This document shows positions 1-9,106 of a stretch of 64,000 bases of DNA, in pieces. The notes under the pieces were generated by a model. The model was not told where the DNA came from, made no database searches, and saw only the letters and a list, made by a program, of their open reading frames with translations. Source of the stretch: Candidatus Kuenenia stuttgartensis (GTDB lineage Bacteria > Planctomycetota > Planctomycetia > Pirellulales > UBA1268); contig CAMCYH010000003.1 of assembly GCA_945883745.1 (NCBI GenBank), forward strand, positions 20-64,019, given 5' to 3'. The translations under genes and the position numbers were made by a program. The first letter of the stretch is position 1. Each line of letters opens with the position of its first letter.

Positions 1-802
1 CGTACTCGCCCTTCTGCGTTGTCACCGACGTGACCCGCCGCCCCTCGAAGCCGAGCGATTCCACGGGCTCGTCATAGTGGATCTCGACGCCCATGTCGGC
101 GGCGATCCGGGCCATCGCAGCCGAAATCGCGCCGCAGCCACCGATCGGATGGTAGACACCGTGCTCGTATTCAAGGAACGACAGAATCGAGAACAGACTC
201 GGGCAGCGGAAGGGCGACATGCCGAGATATTTCGACTGGAACGTGAATGCCAGCCGGATTCGCTCGTCTGAGAAAAAGCTGCCGAGTTCGGAGTCGAGGC
301 TCTTCCAGGGCTTCAGAATCGGCATCAATTTGAGCAGGTCGGGAGAGGCCAGATCCCGCCACCGCTCGAAAGGCTGCTCCAAAAATGGCGCGAATCGCTC
401 AAACTTCTCCCTTGTCTGGACCATGAACCGCGTGAATGAACCGCGGTCGGCGGGCGAGAGAGCCGAGACGGCAGCCTCCATGCGGTCGATGTCGGGCGTG
501 CAGAGTAACTGCCCACCGGCGCCGAACACGAGCCGGTACTGCGGGTCGAGCCGCACCATCTCGACCTCGCTCCGCAGATCGAAGCCGCAGGAAGAAAAGA
601 TCTCTTCGAGGACACGCGGATAGAGAAAAAAAGTGGGCCCGAGGTCGAACCGGAAGCCCTCTGGCGTTGTGATCGTGCTCGTGCGGCCCCCTGGCACCTC
701 AAGCCGCTCCAGCAGCCGCACGCGAACACCCTCTCGAGCCAGAAGCATCGCTGTCGCGAGGCCGCCGGGGCCGGCACCGATGATGTTAACCGTTCGAGTC
801 AT
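1..802 (-). CDS. phytoene desaturase-family FAD-dependent oxidoreductase (CrtI/CrtD-like); 3' end runs off the window
   Basis: My own minus-strand translation from the ATG (complement of 800-802) gives MTRTVNIIGAGPGGLATAMLLAREGVRVRLLERLEVPGGRTSTITTPEGFRFDLGPTFFLYP... This shows a GxGxxG Rossmann start and CrtI-like downstream motifs. The frame stays open to position 1. It is absent from the ORF track because no stop lies inside the window. Confidence 0.8.
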   Translation of the reverse strand, partial: MTRTVNIIGAGPGGLATAMLLAREGVRVRLLERLEVPGGRTSTITTPEGFRFDLGPTFFLYPRVLEEIFSSCGFDLRSEVEMVRLDPQYRLVFGAGGQLLCTPDIDRMEAAVSALSPADRGSFTRFMVQTREKFERFAPFLEQPFERWRDLASPDLLKLMPILKPWKSLDSELGSFFSDERIRLAFTFQSKYLGMSPFRCPSLFSILSFLEYEHGVYHPIGGCGAISAAMARIAADMGVEIHYDEPVESLGFEGRRVTSVTTQKGEY

Positions 803-966
803 CCGCTCACTTTCAACGATGCCACTATAGGAGTAACCCAAAAACGGTCAAGAAACCGTGGGCACTGGGCGGTGTTGGCCGACCGCAGGCACCGATGGAC
901 CAGCGCCGACCTGGAGGCCGAGTTGCGGAGATGCTGCACGGCCGCAGAGGCGGGGGCAGCGGCCAT

Positions 967-1458
967 TCAGTAGGGGTAATAGGCCGCCCGCACTGGACGG
1001 TACGCACCGAAAAGACCCCGACGGTAGAGCGGTACAGCGACGGCTGTCGGAGCCAAGGGAACAACTGCCGGTGCATAGTAGCTGGTGACTGGCGCGGCCA
1101 TGATCGCCGGGGCGGGGGCGTAATAGGCCGTGGTGGCCAGAGGCACGGCTACCGCCGCCGGTGCGTAGTACGACGTGACCGGAACGGCAGTCGTTACCGC
1201 GGGAGTCGCCGGTGCGAAATAACTTGTCACGGCAACCGAACTGGCCGGCATCGAAGCCACAACCGGCGGCGAGTACGCGGTGACGGCGGCGTAGTTGCCT
1301 GCCGGTGTGTAGTAACTGGTCACGGCAGTCGGAGCGGCCACGACTGGCCGGAACGATTCATACACCACAACCTGGGCCGAGGCGTTGCTAGCCGCTTGGG
1401 CGATAACACACGCAGCGATCGCCAAGGCTGCAGTACGAACAAGGCGGATATGGGGCAT
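967..1458 (-). CDS. small secreted Tyr/Ala/Pro/Val-rich repeat protein (about 163 aa) with reiterated VTSYYAP motif
   Basis: This is an internal ATG (complement of 1456-1458) of ORF 967..1881. It starts MPHIRLVRTAALAIAACVIAQAASNASAQ, which is signal-peptide-like. Repeated VTSYYTPA / VTSYFAPA / VTSYYAPA / TTAYYAPA / VTSYYAPA units follow. The region upstream of this ATG reads as Arg/Pro-rich noise. Confidence 0.6.
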   Translation of the reverse strand: MPHIRLVRTAALAIAACVIAQAASNASAQVVVYESFRPVVAAPTAVTSYYTPAGNYAAVTAYSPPVVASMPASSVAVTSYFAPATPAVTTAVPVTSYYAPAAVAVPLATTAYYAPAPAIMAAPVTSYYAPAVVPLAPTAVAVPLYRRGLFGAYRPVRAAYYPY

Positions 1459-1729
1459 GATCGAAACTCCGGTTGGCGTCCTTGGCAGAAATACGTTCAT
1501 GGCGTAGGAGTTGACCGCGTCGCGTCGGACTTGCTCAAACTCCGCCAGTCCTTTGAGAATACGTAGCGGCGAGGGGCTTGTGCAAACAGGCCTCAAAGTC
1601 GATGACTTCGCCACGCGGTGGCGGGCAGGTAACGCGGGTTGTGGTGGTTGGGTAAGGCAAAAACGCCCTTTCTCCTCGGCAATCGCCGCTCGGGCCCTCC
1701 GCGGCGCTCCCTCAGTTGGAAAGACACTT

Positions 1730-4447
1730 GTGCCACGCTCTCCAGGTTTCACAACGCTCTTGGCCGTACGGGCCCTCACCGTCGTCAACGACAATCTCGC
1801 CCGCTGGCTGATTATCGGCCTCGGGAAGCGGGCTGCCGCGGTGACCGGCGCGACGCCTGCCGCAGTGCTGGCTCTGGGCACCGTGTTTTACGTGCTGCCG
1901 TTTATTCTCTTCGCGTGGCTGGCTGGCTGGCTGGCGGACCGATTCGTGAAGCGGTCGGTCGTGGTGGCGGGGAAGTTGGCGGAGGTATTTATCGGCGTGG
2001 TGACGGCTGCCGTGATTGGCTGGGGCGCGGCATCCGGCGGCATCCTGGCGGGCATGCCGGCCGGCCTCTGGCTGCTCCTGGGGGCGATTGGACTGTTCGC
2101 CATTCAGACAACCCTTCTCAACCCGAGCCTCATCGGCACGATTCCCGAGACGGTTCCTACCTCGCGGCTCTCGGCGGCCAACGGCGTCTTCGCGCTGGTG
2201 TCGCTGGCTGCGACGCTTGTCGGCATGTCGGCCGGCAATTGGCTGGCCGACGCGACCGCGATCACTCCCTCACCTGATCAGGCGGCGGCAGGATCGGGCT
2301 GGCTCTCGGCAGCCACGGGGGGCCATGCGGCGTTGGCGGCACTGGGCCTTGTCGGCGTCGCCGTGGCCGGCTGGCTTATCTCGCTGCGGTTACCGCGCAT
2401 TGCGGCGGCGGCCCCGACGGAGGTGTTCCCCCGCAACCCGCTCGTGGCGACCTTTCGGGATATCGCGAGCCTGATGCGGCTTCCTCGGCTGGCCGCCGCC
2501 GCCGGAGGGATCGTTTTTTTTTGGGCGATCGGGGCCGTGGTCCAGCTCAACATTGATCAATATGCCTTCGAATCGGGGGCGACCGCCCAGTCACAGGTGG
2601 TGCCGCTGCTGCTGGCCCTCGTGGCCGGCATCGGCGCGGGCAGTCTGGTGGCCGGTCGGCTTTCACGGCGGGGCATCGAGGTCGATTCCAAGGTTGACCT
2701 CGGCCTCGTGCCGCTCGGTGGCCTCGTCATGGCGGTGGCCTGCGCCGCTCTGGCCCTCTCTCCGGGCGACATTTTCGGGGGCGATGCCTCCCCTGCCCTG
2801 CAGCTCGCGATGCCCGTCTGCTGGCTGGCACTGTTGGGGATCGGTGCCGGCATGTTTGATGTGCCGCTCGAAGCCTATTTACAGGCGCAGAGTCCGCCGG
2901 AGCGACGTGGCACGGTGCTGGCTTCGACCAATCTGCTGGTGTTTACCGGGATGCTCATCTCGTCGATCGGCTACTACGGCCTGCGGGTGCCGATCGGCCA
3001 GGGCGATGTGGCACGGCCGCTCCTTTCCGCCCGCGAAATCTTCATCCTCTTCAGTACCTGTTCCTTACTCGCTGCCGCTGTCAGCGTCTGGGCAGCGCCC
3101 CGGGCCTCGCTCCGGATTTTCGTCGCCGGGCTGGTCAACGCCGTCTGGCGGTTTTGCTCACGGAATGAAGAGCGGGTGCCGCTCACCGGGCCGTTGGTCA
3201 TGGTGGCCAACCATGTTTCCTGGCTCGACGGCTTCCTTCTGCCGCTCGCCGCACCCCGGCCGGTACGGATGGTGGTCTACGGCCCAAACATCAAGGGCCG
3301 TTTTCTGAACATGCTCGCCGATCAGTGGCGGTTCATCCTGTTCGACCCGAAGCCCAAGTCGATCGGCAGAGCACTGAAGACCATCCAGACGGGTCTTGCC
3401 GCCGGCGACTGCATCGGCATCTTTTGTGAGGGGGGCATCTCGCGGACCGGCCAGATCATCGGATTCAAGCGGGGGCTCGAGTGGCTGCTGGAGCGGGTCG
3501 AGGCCCCGATTCTGCCGGTGCACATCGACGGCATGTGGGGCAGCCTCCTGTCGTTTTCCGAAGGGCGATTCTTCTCCAAACGGCCGCGAGGACTGCGGCG
3601 GCCGGTCACACTGCTCTTCGGCGACCCGCTCCCCGTCGGTACTCCGCCCAGCGAGGCGCGGCTGGCATTGCAAGAACTCTCTGCCGAGAGCGTGTGCAGG
3701 AGGGTGCGCCTGGCAGCGCGACAGCACCCACCTGGAATCAGCGTTGGCGACTGGGCGGCGCATCTTGCGACAGCGGAGGCCTTCGACGGCTGTTGTCTTG
3801 TTCGCCGCGATGATCGGCTCCTCTCGTCTCTCGCCCCGGGCGACCCGCTTCACGACTCGCTCGGTACCCATGCCGCAGCGATCCTGGGCATTCCGGCGAC
3901 CACCGTCGAGCCCACGGCGGTGCCGACTCTCCTGCTCGAGAGACTCGTTGCCTTGCGTGCGACCATCTGGCTGGCCACGGTCGAGCAGGTCGCCACCCTG
4001 GCGAGGCAGGCGGATCAGTCACCGGCTAGCCTGCAGGTCGTGGTCATGCCGCTCGGATCGGTTGCCGAACTTCCTGCCGCAAATCGGGCGGCGGCAGCCT
4101 TTACGGAGGCCTTCGGCATCGAGCCGGTGACAGCCTTTGCTCCGAGTGAGGCGGGTGGGCTGGTGGCGATGAACTCGCCGCCGGCCCGCGGCGTCACCCA
4201 TGAGGTCACACTGAAGCGCGAGTCGGTAGGACGGGTTGTCAACGGCGTGGTCGTGTGGCCGCGGTCAGGCGATCGCGAGCGGCTTGCTCGCCCCACGGTT
4301 GTTGGCGTCCCCCCCGCAGCCGCCGGCCGTTCGCTCGCGATCGGCGCGACGCTGCCTGGATCGAGTGGCGATCAACCCCGCGGGGTGCTGCTTGACGAGG
4401 TATTTGACGTCGACGCAGACGGCTTTCTGATGCCGCATTGCGGATGA
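1730..4447 (+). CDS. fusion protein: MFS lysophospholipid transporter (LplT-like), PlsC-type acyltransferase and a degenerate acyl-ACP synthetase-like C-terminal region (Aas-like)
   Basis: ORF 1511..4447. The N-terminal half is polytopic and hydrophobic, with LplT-like FTTLLAVRALTVVNDNLARW. The acyltransferase motifs NHVSWLDG and FCEGGISRTG are present. The C-terminal roughly 330 aa show only remnants of adenylation motifs. The start is uncertain: I chose GTG 1730, and the longest ORF begins at 1511. Confidence 0.75.
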   Translation: MPRSPGFTTLLAVRALTVVNDNLARWLIIGLGKRAAAVTGATPAAVLALGTVFYVLPFILFAWLAGWLADRFVKRSVVVAGKLAEVFIGVVTAAVIGWGAASGGILAGMPAGLWLLLGAIGLFAIQTTLLNPSLIGTIPETVPTSRLSAANGVFALVSLAATLVGMSAGNWLADATAITPSPDQAAAGSGWLSAATGGHAALAALGLVGVAVAGWLISLRLPRIAAAAPTEVFPRNPLVATFRDIASLMRLPRLAAAAGGIVFFWAIGAVVQLNIDQYAFESGATAQSQVVPLLLALVAGIGAGSLVAGRLSRRGIEVDSKVDLGLVPLGGLVMAVACAALALSPGDIFGGDASPALQLAMPVCWLALLGIGAGMFDVPLEAYLQAQSPPERRGTVLASTNLLVFTGMLISSIGYYGLRVPIGQGDVARPLLSAREIFILFSTCSLLAAAVSVWAAPRASLRIFVAGLVNAVWRFCSRNEERVPLTGPLVMVANHVSWLDGFLLPLAAPRPVRMVVYGPNIKGRFLNMLADQWRFILFDPKPKSIGRALKTIQTGLAAGDCIGIFCEGGISRTGQIIGFKRGLEWLLERVEAPILPVHIDGMWGSLLSFSEGRFFSKRPRGLRRPVTLLFGDPLPVGTPPSEARLALQELSAESVCRRVRLAARQHPPGISVGDWAAHLATAEAFDGCCLVRRDDRLLSSLAPGDPLHDSLGTHAAAILGIPATTVEPTAVPTLLLERLVALRATIWLATVEQVATLARQADQSPASLQVVVMPLGSVAELPAANRAAAAFTEAFGIEPVTAFAPSEAGGLVAMNSPPARGVTHEVTLKRESVGRVVNGVVVWPRSGDRERLARPTVVGVPPAAAGRSLAIGATLPGSSGDQPRGVLLDEVFDVDADGFLMPHCG

Positions 4448-4495
4448 TTCACCGCTTTCGTCCGGTAGCGTGCCGGCGGGCTTTTTGCCTTAACC

Positions 4496-4524
4496 TTGGT
4501 GGCGGCCCGCGTCTGCGGTATTCT
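4496..4524 (+). promoter_or_regulatory. candidate sigma70-type promoter for tRNA-Arg
   Basis: TTGGTG (4496-4501), a 17-nt spacer, then TATTCT (4519-4524), ending 11 nt before the tRNA 5' end. This is a pattern match only. Confidence 0.3.
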
Positions 4525-4534
4525 TTGATCTACG

Positions 4535-4609
<75 letters not shown>

Positions 4610-4663
4610 TTGGAATCGATTGCTCTTGGGTGATTGTGGCCGGGAAAGATAGCCTGCCCACCA

Positions 4664-5200
4664 ATGGGCAGCACCTGCATTCGCGTCGTCGGGTTTGATC
4701 CGGGCCTCAATGTCACTGGGTACGGGGTCATCGAGGTCATTCAAAACGTCGTGCGGCTCGTCGAGGCGGGCACGGTCCGGTCGAAGGGTGAATCGCTCGA
4801 GGCTCGGCTGCAGACCATTCATGCCGGCGTCTGCGAGGTGATCAATCACTTCAGGCCGGATGCGATGTCAATCGAGCAGGTCTTTTCGCATTCCCGGTTT
4901 CCCAAGACTGCGATCCTGCTTGGTCATGCCCGCGGCGTCATCTGTTTGGCAGGGGTTCAGGCGGGCCTCGCGATCCACCATTACCTTCCCAATCGCGTGA
5001 AGAGCACGCTCACCGGCAGTGGCCATGCGGGCAAGCCACAGATCCAGGCGGCGGTGCAACGTGAACTGGGGCTGGCCGCCAAGCCGGAGCCAGCCGATGC
5101 GGCCGATGCCTTGGCCGTGGCACTGGCCGACTATCATCTCCGCCTGCGGCCGCTGCTCTTCGGCAGCGCCGTCGTGCGAATCAGGAGTCGCCGCGCATGA
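4664..5200 (+). CDS. ruvC: crossover junction endodeoxyribonuclease RuvC
   Basis: IRVVGFDPGLNVTGYGVIE... is a typical RuvC N-terminus. The stop overlaps the ruvA start (ATGA at 5197-5200). I chose the ATG at 4664; the longest ORF starts with TTG at 4634. Confidence 0.9.
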   Translation: MGSTCIRVVGFDPGLNVTGYGVIEVIQNVVRLVEAGTVRSKGESLEARLQTIHAGVCEVINHFRPDAMSIEQVFSHSRFPKTAILLGHARGVICLAGVQAGLAIHHYLPNRVKSTLTGSGHAGKPQIQAAVQRELGLAAKPEPADAADALAVALADYHLRLRPLLFGSAVVRIRSRRA

Positions 5201-5829
5201 TCACGAAAATCTCCGGCACCCTCGAGCGGGTGGATCCCACTTCAAACGCCGTCGAGTTGGCCATCGGTCCGCTCGTACACGAAGTGCTCGTGACGGAACT
5301 CGTCCGCCGCGGCCTCCAGCAGCAGATCGGCAAGCCGATCGTGCTGCACACGCTGGAATATCTCGAGGGCAACCCGACACGTGGCAACCTGGTGCCCCGG
5401 CTCGTCGGCTTCCTCTCCGAGGTGGAGCGGGAATTCTTCGAGCTGATCTGCGAGGTCGATGGGGTCGGCGTCCGGAAGGCCCTGCGGGCAATCATCCGCC
5501 CGGTCGGTGAGATTGCGATGCTGATCGAGGAGCAGGATGCCAAGGCGCTCTCCACGCTGCCGGGTGTCGGCGCCGCGACAGCCGAGCGAATGATCGCCAA
5601 GCTGCGGCGTCGCATGCCGAAGTTTGCCCTGCTCGTGGCCCGCGAATCCCCAGGCGATGTCGGTGCCGCAGGCGACGTGTTTTCCGAAACCTACGAAGTG
5701 CTGCGGTCCCTTGGCCACTCTGAATCGGACGCCCGCCGGCTCGTCGATGCCCTGCGGAGCGAAAAGAAAAAGCCCAAGGATGTCCAGGAAGCCCTCGAAT
5801 CGATCTACCGCACGATCCACAAGCGGTAG
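5197..5829 (+). CDS. ruvA: Holliday junction branch migration complex subunit RuvA
   Basis: MITKISGTLERVDP... is followed by HhH-region motifs (LSTLPGVGAATAERMI). The gene is 210 aa and sits in ruvC-ruvA-ruvB synteny. Confidence 0.9.
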   Translation: MITKISGTLERVDPTSNAVELAIGPLVHEVLVTELVRRGLQQQIGKPIVLHTLEYLEGNPTRGNLVPRLVGFLSEVEREFFELICEVDGVGVRKALRAIIRPVGEIAMLIEEQDAKALSTLPGVGAATAERMIAKLRRRMPKFALLVARESPGDVGAAGDVFSETYEVLRSLGHSESDARRLVDALRSEKKKPKDVQEALESIYRTIHKR

Positions 5830-5971
5830 GGCGAGGGGTTGTCCGTGCCAATCGAGCGGCGTAGGAAACCGAGCGCAGCCCGGAGGGCGAAAGCGAAGTT
5901 TCCTCCGAGCGAGCGGAAGGCAGGACGCCTGAAGCGAGCGTCCGGCGAGATGGCACGGGCAACCCCTCGCC
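5830..5971. repeat. 142-nt structured palindromic element: 21-bp terminal inverted repeat enclosing about 100 nt
   Basis: GGCGAGGGGTTGTCCGTGCCA (5830-5850) pairs base-for-base with TGGCACGGGCAACCCCTCGCC (5951-5971), with a single G.U position. The element starts 1 nt after the ruvA stop. Internal sub-hairpins are AGGAAAC/GTTTCCT and GGACGC/GCGTCC, and there is a central GCGAAAGC. Confidence 0.7.
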
Positions 5972-6054
5972 GCGTCACCAGCCAGGCCCGGCAGATCCTC
6001 TGATCCGACGATGCGGTGGCCTTTTTCTAGGCCAATCGTTTACGCTCTGTACTC

Positions 6055-7080
6055 GTGAACAGCATGAATCAATTTCGCGAGCCCAGTATCAAGGCGGCCG
6101 AGGAACCGGTTGGTGAGGATCGTGCGCTGCGGCCGCAGCGGATGGCCGAAATGATCGGCCAGTTGGCGGTGCACGAACGGCTCTCCATCGCCATCGATGC
6201 CGCCCGCAAGCGGGGCGAGGCGCTCGGCCACATCCTGCTCGACGGGCCCCCCGGCCTCGGCAAGACGACGTTCGCCACCTGCATTCCCAACGAACTCGGC
6301 ACGACGCTCCAGATCGCCAGCGGCGCGGCCCTGGCGGCCCCAAAGGACCTGCTGCCCTATCTGACCAATGCCTCGGAAGGCTCCGTGCTCTTCATCGACG
6401 AGATCCACCGGCTGCCGATCGCGGTCGAGGAGTTTCTCTATCCGGCGATGGAGGATTTCCGCATCGATATCACACTTGGCGATGGTGTGAGCGCCCGCAC
6501 CATCAACATGCCGCTGCGGCCGTTTACGCTTGTGGGGGCCACGACACGGGCCGGATTGATCTCGGCTCCACTGCGAGATCGATTCGTGATCCGTGAACAC
6601 CTCGACTATTACTCACCTGCAGAGCTCGCCGACATCGTTCGGCGGTCAGCGGTCAAACTCGCCATGCCGATGGATGACGCCTCGGCCAACGAGATCGCCC
6701 ATCGCAGCCGAGGTACGCCACGGCTGGCCAACAACCGCCTCCGTTGGATTCGCGATTTCTCCACCAGCCGTGCCGCTGGCGCCCTCGACGTCGAGATCGC
6801 GAAGGCGGCTCTGGCAATGCAGGGCATCGACGAATTGGGGCTCGACGGCTTCGATCGCCGTTACCTGGAGACGATCCAGCGGGTCTTCGCTGGCGGGCCG
6901 GTGGGTGTCGAGGCGATCGCCCACACGATGAGCACCGCCGCCGACACGCTTGAAGACGACGTGGAGCCCTTTCTGCTCCGTTGCGAGTTGGTCGTTCGCA
7001 CCCCCCGCGGCCGCAAACTCACCCCCAAGGGCGAAGAGCACATTGGGGGGGCGACAGCGGGCCGCGGGCGTCTTTTTTAA
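6055..7080 (+). CDS. ruvB: Holliday junction DNA helicase RuvB
   Basis: Walker A LLDGPPGLGKTT, Walker B VLFIDEIHRL, sensor/arginine-finger regions and a winged-helix C-terminus. The gene is 341 aa. Confidence 0.95.
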   Translation: MNSMNQFREPSIKAAEEPVGEDRALRPQRMAEMIGQLAVHERLSIAIDAARKRGEALGHILLDGPPGLGKTTFATCIPNELGTTLQIASGAALAAPKDLLPYLTNASEGSVLFIDEIHRLPIAVEEFLYPAMEDFRIDITLGDGVSARTINMPLRPFTLVGATTRAGLISAPLRDRFVIREHLDYYSPAELADIVRRSAVKLAMPMDDASANEIAHRSRGTPRLANNRLRWIRDFSTSRAAGALDVEIAKAALAMQGIDELGLDGFDRRYLETIQRVFAGGPVGVEAIAHTMSTAADTLEDDVEPFLLRCELVVRTPRGRKLTPKGEEHIGGATAGRGRLF

Positions 7081-7142
7081 GATCCATTTGACCGTCCGCC
7101 CCGATTGACTGTACGCTCTGAAATCCTCCAAGAGAATTTCCC

Positions 7143-7322
7143 ATGGCCGTTCCTAAGCGACGTCAATCAAACCAAAAGACTCGTTCCCGCCGGGCGCACG
7201 ATTTCCTCACGCCGCGGCAACTGACATTTTGCTCCAACTGCGGCAAGGCTGTGCCGACGCATCATGTGTGTGGATCCTGCGGCTATTACATGGGCCGGCA
7301 AGTGATCAAGACCGCGGAGTGA
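7143..7322 (+). CDS. rpmF: 50S ribosomal protein L32
   Basis: My own translation gives MAVPKRRQSNQKTRSRRAHDFLTPRQLTFCSNCGKAVPTHHVCGSCGYYMGRQVIKTAE (59 aa, below the ORF-track cutoff). It has the MAVPKRR start and a CxxC...CxxC zinc ribbon, and it lies upstream of fab genes as in many bacteria. Confidence 0.9.
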   Translation: MAVPKRRQSNQKTRSRRAHDFLTPRQLTFCSNCGKAVPTHHVCGSCGYYMGRQVIKTAE

Positions 7323-7363
7323 GCCGGGTTCTGAGTTGGCCGAGAGGGGCTGAGGGATAGATC

Positions 7364-8281
7364 TTGTCGTCAGGCGGCTCCACCGCGGTTCTGTTCCCTG
7401 GTCAGGGAGCCCAGTCCATCGGCATGGCGGGAGAGTGGTGCCTCGCGAATCGCGCGGCGACAGATCTGTTCGCGCGGGCCTCGGAACTTCTCGGCTACGA
7501 CCTGCTTGCCATCTGCCGTGACGGCCCCGCCGAACGGCTCAATACGACGGCGGTGAGCCAGCCGGGAATCCTGGTGACGAGCCTGGCCGCGTTGGCGGTG
7601 CTGCGGGATCGCGATCCCGCTCCACTCGAGGCAGCAACGGTGACGGCCGGGCTCTCGTTGGGGGAATACACCGCCCTCGTGTTTGCGGAGGTGCTTTCGT
7701 TCGACGACGCCGTGCGGCTTGTCGATATTCGCGGTCGTGCGATGCAGGAATGTGCGGAACACAGTCCCGGCGGTATGGTCGCCGTCCTCGGCCTCGAACG
7801 GGAGCAGGTGTTGAAGGTATGCAGCGAAGCGCGTGGAAGCGACGTGCTGGAACTGGCGAATGTGCTTTGCCCCGGAAATATCGTGGTGTCTGGATCGGTC
7901 GATGCCTGTCGGCGAGTGGAGGCGGTCGCACTCGCGGCCGGGGCGATGAAATGCGTGCCGCTCGACGTGGCCGGCGGGTTTCACACGCGGCTGATGGAGC
8001 CGGCCGTCGGGAAACTCCGGGCTGCGCTTGCGGACGTGCCGATGAAGCCGCCGCGGATTCCCGTGGTCAGCAATGTCGACGCCCGGCCCCACGCCGATCC
8101 CGAAGAGATGCGAGCGCTGCTGTCCCGCCAGGTGTGTGGTGTGGTCGAGTGGCAGGCGTCGATGGACGTGGTGCTCTCGACGGGGGTGCAGTCGGTGTGG
8201 GAAGTTGGCCCGGGCCGGGTGCTTCGCGGGCTGCTGAAACGGATCAGCCGCGGCACGGCCTGCCACGGTGTCTTCGATTGA
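7364..8281 (+). CDS. fabD: malonyl CoA-ACP transacylase
   Basis: AVLFPGQGAQSIGMAG and the active-site GLSLGEYTALV are present. TTG start, 305 aa. Confidence 0.9.
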   Translation: MSSGGSTAVLFPGQGAQSIGMAGEWCLANRAATDLFARASELLGYDLLAICRDGPAERLNTTAVSQPGILVTSLAALAVLRDRDPAPLEAATVTAGLSLGEYTALVFAEVLSFDDAVRLVDIRGRAMQECAEHSPGGMVAVLGLEREQVLKVCSEARGSDVLELANVLCPGNIVVSGSVDACRRVEAVALAAGAMKCVPLDVAGGFHTRLMEPAVGKLRAALADVPMKPPRIPVVSNVDARPHADPEEMRALLSRQVCGVVEWQASMDVVLSTGVQSVWEVGPGRVLRGLLKRISRGTACHGVFD

Positions 8282-8320
8282 ACGCGAGACCGATGATTCC
8301 ATTCACGAGGGAGTGCAGCG

Positions 8321-9106
8321 ATGGCTGACGAGGGCAAGCAGGTGGCGGCGCCGAAGATGTTGCGGGTTGATCTGTCGGGCCAGGTGGCCGTCGTGACGGG
8401 CGCCTCGCAGGGAATCGGCCGGGCGATCGCTGAGACGCTCGCGGCGAACGGTGCAACAGTCGCTCTCGTCGCCCGCAGCGCGGGGAAACTTGCCGACGTG
8501 GCCGATGCCATTCGGGCTGCGGGGGGCACGGCCGAGGTGTTTTCCTGCGATGTCACCCAGGGAGAGGCGATTGCCCCGGTGATCGAGGCAATTGTCGAGA
8601 AGCTGGGCCGGCTCGATATTCTTGTCAACAACGCCGGCGTCACCCGCGACACCCTTCTGCCCCGGATGAGCGACGAAGAATGGGATGAGGTGCTCACGAC
8701 CAATCTGAGGGCCCCCTTTCTGTTCATGCGAGCTGCCAGTCGGCCGATGATGTCGCAGCGGTACGGACGGATCATCAACGTGTCGAGCGTGTCGGGACTG
8801 ATCGGCAACCCTGGCCAGGCCAACTATTCGGCCTCCAAGGCGGGGCTCGTCGGCCTGACCCGGACGGTGGCCAAGGAGTTGGCCGGCCGAAAGATCACCG
8901 TCAACGCGGTGGCCCCCGGGTTCATATCCAGCGACATGACCGCGGCCCTGGGGCCCGCTCTTAGTGACGAGGTCAAAAAACGGGTGCCCGCCAAGCGGCT
9001 GGGCGAGGCCTGGGAAATCGCCGAAGCGGTTCTTTTTCTGGCCGCTCCGTCGTCGGGCTACATCACGGCTCAGACGCTTGTGGTCGACGGCGGCCTGATC
9101 GGGTAG
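8321..9106 (+). CDS. fabG: 3-oxoacyl-ACP reductase
   Basis: SDR motifs [18 protein letters not shown] and YSASKAG. An alternative start at ATG 8357 (MLRVDLSG...) is possible. Confidence 0.9.
   Translation: MADEGKQVAAPKMLRVDLSGQVAVVTGASQGIGRAIAETLAANGATVALVARSAGKLADVADAIRAAGGTAEVFSCDVTQGEAIAPVIEAIVEKLGRLDILVNNAGVTRDTLLPRMSDEEWDEVLTTNLRAPFLFMRAASRPMMSQRYGRIINVSSVSGLIGNPGQANYSASKAGLVGLTRTVAKELAGRKITVNAVAPGFISSDMTAALGPALSDEVKKRVPAKRLGEAWEIAEAVLFLAAPSSGYITAQTLVVDGGLIG

Noticed and set aside
1511-1729. The N-terminal 73-aa extension of the LplT-like ORF (MTASRRTCSNSASPLRIRSGEG...).
   Set aside because: This region is Arg/Ser/Gly-rich and non-hydrophobic. It precedes the point where LplT homologues normally begin, so it is probably untranslated leader. 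I kept it only as an alternative start.
2514-2522. A T9 homopolymer inside the MFS-acyltransferase gene as a phase-variation switch.
   Set aside because: It encodes Val-Phe-Phe-Trp (GTT TTT TTT TGG) within a hydrophobic TM segment where Phe-Phe is unremarkable. There is no evidence of frameshifting and the reading frame is intact.
5830-5971. The ruvA-ruvB palindromic element as an SRP (4.5S) RNA or another known RNA gene.
   Set aside because: It has paired termini and a GNRA-type loop. It lacks the conserved SRP helix-8 motif (…GGAA…AAGCAGCC…), and its arms are very unequal for a simple SRP hairpin. I kept it as an unclassified repeat/structured element.
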